Below are positions 16,453 to 24,400 of a stretch of DNA of 64,000 nucleotides, in pieces. Position 1 is the stretch's first letter. The number at the start of each line of letters is the position of its first letter. Source of the DNA: Calditrichales bacterium. GTDB lineage: Bacteria > Calditrichota > Calditrichia > Calditrichales > J004. The position numbers were made by a program, and so were the translations under genes. The DNA lies in NCBI GenBank assembly GCA_965267575.1, contig OZ254086.1, positions 992,001-1,056,000 of the forward strand, given 5' to 3'. The notes beneath the pieces are model-generated. The model had not been told where the DNA came from. It did not search any database and was given only the letters and a program-made list of their open reading frames with translations.

Positions 16453-17493
16453 TCAGGAGATATTTTTGAGTTCACGCCCTTTTTGCATCAGGCGCTCGAT
16501 GGTCTTTTCCTTGCGCTCCAGCTCTTTTCTGGCAGAAGAACCGGTTATGTCGAGGATTTCATAATCGAGGTAGGGCTTGCGTTCGATGCCGGTGAGGTCG
16601 CGCAGGTTTTTCACCAGACCGGTTACACGGTCTACCATTTCGCGTAATTTGCCCAGCCGCTTTTTGGGATCGGCGTCCTGCACCATCAGGTCCAGCGAAG
16701 TCGTAATAACCTGGATTGGCTGCGAAAACTCATGGGCGATACCGGCGGCGAGCTGCTGGATGTTCAGCAGTGCTTCCGCTTCCCGCTTCAGCTTTTCGCC
16801 GCGCAGCCGCTCGGTTACATCATGCATGATTACCAGAAGCGCCTCTTCACCTTCCCAGAGAATGTTTACCGCGCGCACTTCCGCGACCCGGTCTTTCAGG
16901 CGAATCTCTTCGATTTTGTCCGTTTGCACAGAGTATGAAAAATATTGTCCGACCAGCTCCTCACGGCTTTGCTCCAGAAAACGTTCCGCGGCGGGATTGG
17001 CATAGAGGATGGCTTCTTTTTTGTCGATGATCAGAATGCTGTCCAGGTTGTTATCGACAATCGTGCGCAGCTGCTTTTCCCGGCGGCGCAGATCCTGTTG
17101 CGTACGATGGCGTTCATATGCAAACAGCAAAACCCGTTCAATCATGGCAGCGTTCAGATCGCCTTTGTTTACATACTCCTGCGCGCCATACTGCATGGCC
17201 TTCAGGCCCATTTCAGCATTGTTATGACCGGTAAGCACCACCACCGGCAAACCCGGTACCCGTTCCATTACGCGGGACAGCGTGTCGAGATCTTCGGAAT
17301 CCGGCAGGTTGAGGTCGGTCAGGATAATGTCAGGTTCAAAGTTTTTCAGTATATCGAATGCATCGCTGAGCCGGGCAGCATGTTCCACCTTAAAGCGGGC
17401 CTGCTCAGAACGTGAAAGGTGTTTACCGATGACGCGGGCATCTATTGTGTTGTCTTCAATAAGGAGAAGATTATAGGTCTTTTGGACGGGCAT
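16453..17493 (-). CDS. Receiver-PAS-HisKA signalling protein lacking an ATPase domain
   Basis: LLIEDN...ILTDLNLPDS...VVVLTG (REC); ILYANPAAE (PAS); LAAGIAHEFSQP (H-box); ends with no N/G1/G2 boxes. Confidence 0.8.
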   Translation of the reverse strand: MPVQKTYNLLLIEDNTIDARVIGKHLSRSEQARFKVEHAARLSDAFDILKNFEPDIILTDLNLPDSEDLDTLSRVMERVPGLPVVVLTGHNNAEMGLKAMQYGAQEYVNKGDLNAAMIERVLLFAYERHRTQQDLRRREKQLRTIVDNNLDSILIIDKKEAILYANPAAERFLEQSREELVGQYFSYSVQTDKIEEIRLKDRVAEVRAVNILWEGEEALLVIMHDVTERLRGEKLKREAEALLNIQQLAAGIAHEFSQPIQVITTSLDLMVQDADPKKRLGKLREMVDRVTGLVKNLRDLTGIERKPYLDYEILDITGSSARKELERKEKTIERLMQKGRELKNIS

Positions 17494-17660
17494 GTATAGG
17501 CACGATCCTGTTTGTTTACTGTGTGTTGCAACGTTTTGAGATAATCGCTGTAAAGCATGCCACTGTTAATATTACGACACCTTTGTGACGGAAATTGATC
17601 GCTCTGCTGCAACTAATCTTAATTATCGGGGGGTTCGGCAAAATATTGAGCAAAGCCGCG

Positions 17661-18350
17661 TTAAACGGGCTTTAGGGCGACAAGAATTTCCCGTTTCCCC
17701 TTTGGCCCCGGCTGCTTTTGCACTTCAAATCCTGCGGCCAGCATCGTGCGGCGAACGCTGCCCTTTGCCGAATATGTAGCCAGGCGACCGCCGGGCTTCA
17801 ACACCGAATAAAGCACTCTGAAAAAGCTTTCCGTCCAAAGTTCAGGGTTGGCGGCGGGGCTGAACGCATCCTGGTAGACACCGTCAAAATGATTTTCCGG
17901 CAAGCGCGCTTTCGTGGCGTCACCCAGTAGCAATTCGAGTTTTACGGACGTGTGCTGAAAATAGTAAATACCATCCGCCGGTTTTTCTGCCAAATTCCGG
18001 CGCCATTCTAAAAAGGCTTTTGCGATTGTTTTGAAGCGGGGATGACGATGGTAGGCTAATTCCTTCAGGATTGTAGCTGCCAACAGGTTTTTTTCAAGAG
18101 AGGTAAATTCCAGCTTCGCGCCTTTTGTCAGGGCTTCTGCCGCTGTGGCCATAAAATTCAGCCCCGTGCCAAAGCCAACTTCCAGAACGTGGCAGCCGCC
18201 TTTGGCCTGCAAAATTTCCGGCACAGCACATCCCCGGACAAAAACATGCATCGTTTCCTGCAGGGCGCCGCGGCGGGAATGATAAGTCTGGTCGTACTCT
18301 TCCGAAAAGAGCGTATTAATGCCATCTTCCGTGGAAACAATCTGCGGCAT
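17661..18350 (-). CDS. mnmD: tRNA mnm5s2U34 methyltransferase, stand-alone MnmD
   Basis: Motifs TEDGINTLFSEEYDQTYHS..GALQETMHVF, VLEVGFGTGLN, YQDAFSPAANPELW, TYSAKGSVRR, PGPKGKRE. Confidence 0.9.
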   Translation of the reverse strand: MPQIVSTEDGINTLFSEEYDQTYHSRRGALQETMHVFVRGCAVPEILQAKGGCHVLEVGFGTGLNFMATAAEALTKGAKLEFTSLEKNLLAATILKELAYHRHPRFKTIAKAFLEWRRNLAEKPADGIYYFQHTSVKLELLLGDATKARLPENHFDGVYQDAFSPAANPELWTESFFRVLYSVLKPGGRLATYSAKGSVRRTMLAAGFEVQKQPGPKGKREILVALKPV

Positions 18351-18351
18351 A

Positions 18352-19308
18352 CTATTCTTTAAGGCGCAGCGTTACCGGATAGTGATCGCTGAAGCCGTTC
18401 TGGTCGTGATCGTCTCCGTCGCCAAAAGGCAGCGGCGTGGGATAGGTGCCGCCGGAGACCATGGCCGGATACATGAAAACGGAAGCCGTGTCGTCAATAA
18501 CCTTTAGCCCGGAGCGGCCAGTCAAAAGACCCTTGGAAACAAGAAACTGGTCAAACAGAAACGGACGGTTCTCATAGAAGAAAGAACCCTGTCCGTCAGC
18601 CATCAGCGGCCAGCTCATATTCAGAAAGCGCGGCGTACGCGCCAGGGTAACCTTAGGTCGCGTCGCCTCACCAAGCGCGTATTCGGTGATGCTGCGGTCA
18701 AAGGGCTGATCGTTAAAATCGCCCATGGCCATAACGCCCACATGAGACCCGTGAATATCGCGGATACGCTCGTGGAAATAGGCCAGTGTCTCGGCGGCGA
18801 TGATGCGGTAAGGCTCGCTTTCATAGACGCCCGCGGAGCGTGCCGGCCAGTGGTTGCCCAGAACCACCAGCAGATGATCGCGCTGTGTTTTGAAATTCAC
18901 CTGGAAAATATCGCGCGTGGCATAGCGCTTCTGGACAAAATGACTGAATTTCTCGTGGGCGCTTAGCCGCGTTCCGTCATAAATAAAGGCCACGTCAATG
19001 CCGCGCGGGTCGTCGCTGTCGGCATGTACAACGCGGTAATCCCTGCCGCTATCGGAGAGGCGCGTGCAGAGACGCTGCAGCACCCAGGCATTCTCCACCT
19101 CGCAAACGCCCAGCAGGTCCGGGCCGAGCCGGCCGTTCATGGCCAAAATAACGTCAGCCAGTTGATCTATTTTGCGGCTCAGCAAATCTTCTGTCCAGCC
19201 GCGCAGGGCGCTGCCCAGTGTACGCTCCAGCTTTTCGGAACGCCGTGGGGAACCGGAAACATCAAACAGGTTCTCGACGTTCCAGAAGGCGCAAAAAAGT
19301 TCCGCCAT
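18352..19308 (-). CDS. Endonuclease/exonuclease/phosphatase family protein
   Basis: Motifs FWNVENLFD, LGVCEVEN, DPRGIDVA, GNHWPAR, MGDFNDQP, FDQFLVS, FSDHYPV. Confidence 0.9.
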   Translation of the reverse strand: MAELFCAFWNVENLFDVSGSPRRSEKLERTLGSALRGWTEDLLSRKIDQLADVILAMNGRLGPDLLGVCEVENAWVLQRLCTRLSDSGRDYRVVHADSDDPRGIDVAFIYDGTRLSAHEKFSHFVQKRYATRDIFQVNFKTQRDHLLVVLGNHWPARSAGVYESEPYRIIAAETLAYFHERIRDIHGSHVGVMAMGDFNDQPFDRSITEYALGEATRPKVTLARTPRFLNMSWPLMADGQGSFFYENRPFLFDQFLVSKGLLTGRSGLKVIDDTASVFMYPAMVSGGTYPTPLPFGDGDDHDQNGFSDHYPVTLRLKE

Positions 19309-19323
19309 AAGTCCGCCTTTCTT

Positions 19324-19674
19324 TTATGCACAAACCATGGGGCCCAACGGCTTGCCGCCCAAAAGGTGCATATGCAGATGATAGACTTCCTGCCCGCCAT
19401 GGTCGCGACAATTTATGATCAGGCGGTAGCCGTTTTTGGCAATGCCTTCATCGCGGGCAATTTTTGCGGCCACGGTGATCAGGTGACCCAACACGGCCTC
19501 ATCCTTTTCGGTAACGTCATCCGCCGTGGGTATCACGTAGTTGGGAACAATCAGGATATGGGTTGGCGCTTTGGGGTTGATGTCACGGAAAGCGGTCACA
19601 CGATCATCCTGATAAACGGTATCCGAAGGTATTTCTTTGCGAATGATCTTGCTAAAAAGAGTATCTTCTGCCAT
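19324..19674 (-). CDS. hinT: HIT family purine nucleoside phosphoramidase
   Basis: [44 protein letters not shown] histidine triad. Confidence 0.92.
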   Translation of the reverse strand: MAEDTLFSKIIRKEIPSDTVYQDDRVTAFRDINPKAPTHILIVPNYVIPTADDVTEKDEAVLGHLITVAAKIARDEGIAKNGYRLIINCRDHGGQEVYHLHMHLLGGKPLGPMVCA

Positions 19675-19767
19675 AATCTGTTCCTCCTGTGATATTTGCT
19701 AATTCATAGATCAAATTATTTGTCGAAAATACGTAACGCTTTTTATGAGAGCAATGGAAGGGAAAAG

Positions 19768-20946
19768 TTGAGAAAAATTCAAATAATAGTGCTGATCGTT
19801 TTGGTTGCCGCCGTTTACGCTTTCGGCCAGAACAAGACAAACAACGACAACATCTGGGAAGCGCCGCAAAAAGACTCGCTGCTGGTGATCCTGGATGCCA
19901 TCTACAACCTGGAGTTCGAAAAATACGAAAAGAGCGCCGCCGGCTATAAAGAACGCTTCCCGGAACGTCCCGAAGGTGTTTTTGCCGAAGCCGTGGCTAT
20001 CTGGATGAAAGTGCTGTCCGATCTCTACAATCCGCAGTTTGACGATCTGTTTATGAGCAAATTGGATTCTATTATCGATGTGCTTGAAGATTATCCCGAC
20101 GAACATCAACTGGCGCCCGTAGCTAAATTTTATATAGATGCCGCCACGGGGTTCAAAGCAATCTTGCATGTGACGCGTGAAAACTGGTTTTCCGCCGCGC
20201 TGGAAGGACGCAAAGCCATCGGCGGCATAAAACAGGCACTGGATGGCAAAATCCCCAACCCCGACGCGCGCCTGGGCACCGGTCTCTACCTTTACTACGC
20301 CGACATCATGCCGCAGAGATACCCGATTCTTAAACCGCTCTTTTTATTTTACCCAGATGGCAACAAAGAAAAAGGTCTGGCCGATTTGCAATACACCGCG
20401 GAACACGGACTGTTTGCCAAGGTCGTAGCCACCTACATGTACGCGGTCATCCTCTATCTGCGCGAGAACCGTTTTTTGGAGGCAAATCACCTGCTGCGCG
20501 AGTTGACCAACCAATATCCGCAAAATCCCATTTTCATGATGTGGCAGGCCAGCGTTGCCACGCGCATAGGCCGCTTCCGCGAAGCCGAAGAGCTGCTGGA
20601 TACCTACTCGGAGCGGGTGCGGCGCAATGTGCCTTATTACTCCGAACACAAGATGCGCATCGTCAATTACCGCTACGGGTTAATCTACAGCCGCACCAAC
20701 CGTCATGAGGAGGCGCTGGGTTATCTGGAAAAAGCAATGCAGCCGCTGCCCGAACCGATGCACAGCAAACTGTTGCATTATGTGGTATATGCCGCGTTGC
20801 AGTCGGGCTATTCGCTGGAGAGGCTAAAGCGCTGGAGTGAAGCCCGGGATATGTTCCGGCGCGTGTTGGACCTGGAAGAATACCGCAACAGCCACGACAC
20901 GGCGCGCAAGCATCTTAAAAACCTGGAGAGCCATTTTTCCGGCTAG
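19768..20946 (+). CDS. Exported tetratricopeptide-repeat protein
   Basis: Signal peptide-like N-terminus (TTG 19768 probable; ORF opens at 19696); helical TPR-like repeats such as YRYGLIYSRTNRHEEALGYLEKA. Confidence 0.7.
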   Translation: MRKIQIIVLIVLVAAVYAFGQNKTNNDNIWEAPQKDSLLVILDAIYNLEFEKYEKSAAGYKERFPERPEGVFAEAVAIWMKVLSDLYNPQFDDLFMSKLDSIIDVLEDYPDEHQLAPVAKFYIDAATGFKAILHVTRENWFSAALEGRKAIGGIKQALDGKIPNPDARLGTGLYLYYADIMPQRYPILKPLFLFYPDGNKEKGLADLQYTAEHGLFAKVVATYMYAVILYLRENRFLEANHLLRELTNQYPQNPIFMMWQASVATRIGRFREAEELLDTYSERVRRNVPYYSEHKMRIVNYRYGLIYSRTNRHEEALGYLEKAMQPLPEPMHSKLLHYVVYAALQSGYSLERLKRWSEARDMFRRVLDLEEYRNSHDTARKHLKNLESHFSG

Positions 20947-21323
20947 TTACGCGGACGCGGCGGACGCTCTCCCCGTCCTGGACGGTTGGCACGCTGTTCT
21001 TCCAGCCACTCTTCATATTTTGCTTTTTGCTCATCATCAAGCTGCGCGCTGATACGTTCTTGCTCTTTTTGCATCGCGTCGCGCATGCGGCCCATTCTTT
21101 CGCGACGCTCGCCAGCAGCATCACGCAATTCTTCCATGGCTTTGCGCGAATCTATCATAATCACGATGATGGAATCTTTTTGAGCATCGCTGAGCTGCAA
21201 CGCTTCATCCAATCGCTCCAAGCGCTCCTGCGGATCGGGGACACGCGGCGGACCGGGCTGGCCGCAGGCTATCACAACGGAAGAAAGGATCAGGGCAGTT
21301 ACAAAAAGGTTTAGACGGGACAT
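20943..21323 (-). CDS. Small helical lipoprotein, Spy/CpxP-like
   Basis: AGGAG RBS, ATG 21323, lipobox VIAC, LQLSDAQK and QLDDEQKAKY (LTxxQ-like) motifs. Confidence 0.65.
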   Translation of the reverse strand: MSRLNLFVTALILSSVVIACGQPGPPRVPDPQERLERLDEALQLSDAQKDSIIVIMIDSRKAMEELRDAAGERRERMGRMRDAMQKEQERISAQLDDEQKAKYEEWLEEQRANRPGRGERPPRPRN

Positions 21324-21466
21324 TGTTTTGCTCCTTCTCTGGTTTCTGCAGGTTTGACAGTGGCAGTTTAGGATTTCTTGCAGAATAGCTACGAAGATTG
21401 ATAATGATAAAGAGAAGGAGAAAGAATAAGATGATAAAAAAAGGGGTACATAATCCATGCACCCCA

Positions 21467-21498
21467 CTTTAACACATTAACACTTTAGCACCTTAGCA
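21467..21498. repeat. Four tandem 8-bp units (CnTTArCA)
   Basis: ctttaaca cattaaca ctttagca ccttagca, directly after the 5'-nucleotidase stop; same family as 58148-58171 and 58340-58371. Confidence 0.7.
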
Positions 21499-21501
21499 CG
21501 T

Positions 21502-23109
21502 TCACTGCCTGACCCAGCGGCCATCCGATTTGATATTGAGCGGGGTGTGTTTGCGGATGTACTCGGTGACCGCGTCGCGCAGCAGGATGCCGGTACGAGC
21601 GATATTTTGCTCCGGCACATTCTCCAGCATGGAGAGACCGGAGTTGCCCTCGGCCAGGTAGTCACTCATGGCCACAAAATATTCTTTATCGGGGTCAAGC
21701 GGCTCGCCGCCCACCATAAATTCGGTTATCTTTTCCCCATCGGGCCGCGAGGTGTCAAAAACGATTTTTCCGCCGCCGATGGCCAGGCCGGAGCGGTTGC
21801 CAGCCAGCTTATCTTCAAACAGGTCGCGCAAAAAGCTGCCCTTCATCTTGATGACAACGATGCTGTTGCCAAAGGGAAGCACGGTAAAAACATCGCGCGG
21901 TGTCAACGGGCCAATTTGCAAATCGGAGCGGATACCGCCAAAATTACTGAAACTGAAATCAGCGTCGGCCGCTTCTACGATGGCGTCGCAAACCAGGTTA
22001 TTCATCGGCGATTCACCCTGTCCGCGGGTAAGCGCTGTTTCGGTCAGGCCTATTACCTCGTCAAAGCCTTTTTCCACTTTAGCCTGGTATTCTTCAATCA
22101 TCTTGCGCACATCGGGGTCGGGCCAGAACTGGTCTTCGGTTAAAAGCAGCAGACCGTCACCGCGTCCGGGCAGCGTGTAATTAGCGATTGTTTTTGTGGC
22201 CATGTCCACCTCGATGATGGCCATACCCAGGTTGCCGCCGTTGCCGTATTCCTGGAAACAGAGCGTATGGTTGATCGGGTCGACCCACGGTTCGGGATAG
22301 CCGCGGTGGATGTGACCGCCCATCAGGATATCGATGCCCGGCACGTAGTGGGCCAGCTCCATGGCGTTGAGGTAGGACTCTTTTTGGACATTCTGGCGGT
22401 CCGCTTCAAGAAGCTCCTGGTAGCCTTCTTCCGTATCGTAAGGCAAACCCAGGTGCGTCACGCCGATCACCAGGTCGGCGCCGGCATCGCGTAATTCTTT
22501 AATAGCCTTTTCAGCCGCCGGTTTTTCGCTCTTAAAATCCAGGCCGCGGATGTGTTCTGCAAAACTCATGTTTTCGGTCGCTTCGGTGCTCAGACCAAAC
22601 AGCCCGATTTTGAGTCCGCCGCGTTCCAGCATGATCCACGGTTTGAGGTGCTCCCACACCTCGCCGGTGCTTTCATCGATGATGTTGGCCGAAAGCAGCG
22701 GGAAGTTAGCAGTCTTGACCATATCGACAAAAGCCTCTTTGCCAAGGTCGAAGTCGTGGTTGCCGGCAGCGGCAGCGTCATAGCCCACGGCGTTCATGTA
22801 ATCGATGATGGCCTGGCCTTCGCTGCGAGTCCCCAGCGGCGTGCCCTGGAAAATGTCGCCGCCATCCACCAATAGAAAAATATCACCGTTCTGCTCGGCA
22901 ATCGCGCGGTACTTGTTGATCACCGCGGCGGCTGAAGCTCCGCCACCCAGCATCGGCGGAAAATTGGGATTAAGAAAAGTGGCTTCTTTGGCCGCAATTC
23001 CCCCGTGAATATCATTGGTATAAAAAAGATAGATCTTTTTGGTCGGATTGTCCCGGGCCGTGGCCAGGGAAGCAATCACCAAAAGCGATACAAGCAAGCG
23101 CTTAAACAT
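21502..23109 (-). CDS. Periplasmic 5'-nucleotidase / UDP-sugar hydrolase (UshA family)
   Basis: Signal peptide; YTNDIHG, DGGDIFQGT, GNHDFD, LLSANI, GVTHLG, MGGHIH, ESPMNNLV, NFGGIRS, VLPFGN. Confidence 0.92.
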   Translation of the reverse strand: MFKRLLVSLLVIASLATARDNPTKKIYLFYTNDIHGGIAAKEATFLNPNFPPMLGGGASAAAVINKYRAIAEQNGDIFLLVDGGDIFQGTPLGTRSEGQAIIDYMNAVGYDAAAAGNHDFDLGKEAFVDMVKTANFPLLSANIIDESTGEVWEHLKPWIMLERGGLKIGLFGLSTEATENMSFAEHIRGLDFKSEKPAAEKAIKELRDAGADLVIGVTHLGLPYDTEEGYQELLEADRQNVQKESYLNAMELAHYVPGIDILMGGHIHRGYPEPWVDPINHTLCFQEYGNGGNLGMAIIEVDMATKTIANYTLPGRGDGLLLLTEDQFWPDPDVRKMIEEYQAKVEKGFDEVIGLTETALTRGQGESPMNNLVCDAIVEAADADFSFSNFGGIRSDLQIGPLTPRDVFTVLPFGNSIVVIKMKGSFLRDLFEDKLAGNRSGLAIGGGKIVFDTSRPDGEKITEFMVGGEPLDPDKEYFVAMSDYLAEGNSGLSMLENVPEQNIARTGILLRDAVTEYIRKHTPLNIKSDGRWVRQ

Positions 23110-23120
23110 AATTTTGCCTG

Positions 23121-24392
23121 TTATTTAAACGTGTAACTTAAACTCACGCGGCCGAAAAACTCTGCCCAGCGCACGCGGTCGGAATCAGTGCGCGTATCCA
23201 AACCGTAAAGGGCGTCATCGTAAAGGTCGCCCTGGAAATGCTCGGTGCTGGAGAAGCCGCCGGCCACATCCAGCGTTACGGCTTCCAGGTCCAGCCCGCC
23301 GCCAACGGTGATGCGCGTGCGGGTCAGGCTGCGGTCCTGCGGCAGCGTGCCGTAATCAAACCCGACACGGAAAGGTACATCGTTAAAGAAAACATGTTCC
23401 ACGCCCACGCGGATGTTATAAGTGTCTTCAAAAACCAATGCCGGATTGCCGCTGTCCTTGAAGTCGCTCCAGAATTCATAGTAGTAATCCACCAGCAGAC
23501 GCGCCATTAAAATATTTTCAAAGCGGTAATCGACGCCGGCGCCAATACGCCCGGGATAATCCAGCTCCACATCGCCCAGAGCCTTGTCGGGCAACTGGCG
23601 GAAGCGGTAAGCGTTTTTCCAGGTCAGCGTGTAGGGCGCGCGATAGGCGGCGGCCACGGTCAGCCGTTCATTTACAAAGTATTGCCCACCGACATTTATC
23701 AGCAGCGGCGCATTATCAAGTTCGGCCTCCACCATGTAGCTGGCCTGCAAGTCATCCAACGATTGCGCCTTGACCTCAACGCGCTCTTCCTGTTCCAGGC
23801 TACCCTGGATCATGGCAACGGAGAGGCCCACTGCGAGCTGCTTAACGGGACGCGCGGCGACTGTTAGCGGTATCTGCAGCAACTGTCCGCGGCTCTCAAT
23901 AATATTATAGGCCAGCAGATTGTCTTCAAACGAAGTGCTGCGCACTTCCTCAAAATAGGTATAATCGTAATCCAGAAAAGGCTGCGCGCCGACCGATACA
24001 GTCGCGTTCAAAACACTGTCAAAAGGCAGCGTGTAGGCCACGTTGCCGTAAAAGCTGCTGTACCAGTTGTTCTGGAAATAATAAGAGCCGTAGTCGACAA
24101 AGCCGCCGAAGTTATCGTAGTAGGGAAAGCTGCGATCTTCTTCCAGGTTGTAGAGATGCATGCCGCCCTGCAGACTGAATTGGCCGTTATGATGCGCCAG
24201 CAACGCGGGATTGACATCGGCCGCCAGGAAAATATCATCCCCGGCCAGACCGGCGCCGCCCATGCCCAGAGAACGTGCCGACAGCGCCGGCATTTCCTGT
24301 CCGTAATAGATACGCTGCAGGTTCAGATCGGTGCGCTGTCCCCAGGCGATAATCGGAAGAAGCACTAATAAAATTCGCGCGAAAAGTTTCAT
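23121..24392 (-). CDS. Outer-membrane beta-barrel, FadL/PorV-like superfamily
   Basis: Signal peptide; ARSLGMGGAG..VNPALL N-terminal motif; alternating beta strands; C-terminal LSYTFK. Confidence 0.7.
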   Translation of the reverse strand: MKLFARILLVLLPIIAWGQRTDLNLQRIYYGQEMPALSARSLGMGGAGLAGDDIFLAADVNPALLAHHNGQFSLQGGMHLYNLEEDRSFPYYDNFGGFVDYGSYYFQNNWYSSFYGNVAYTLPFDSVLNATVSVGAQPFLDYDYTYFEEVRSTSFEDNLLAYNIIESRGQLLQIPLTVAARPVKQLAVGLSVAMIQGSLEQEERVEVKAQSLDDLQASYMVEAELDNAPLLINVGGQYFVNERLTVAAAYRAPYTLTWKNAYRFRQLPDKALGDVELDYPGRIGAGVDYRFENILMARLLVDYYYEFWSDFKDSGNPALVFEDTYNIRVGVEHVFFNDVPFRVGFDYGTLPQDRSLTRTRITVGGGLDLEAVTLDVAGGFSSTEHFQGDLYDDALYGLDTRTDSDRVRWAEFFGRVSLSYTFK

Positions 24393-24400
24393 CTAATCCT

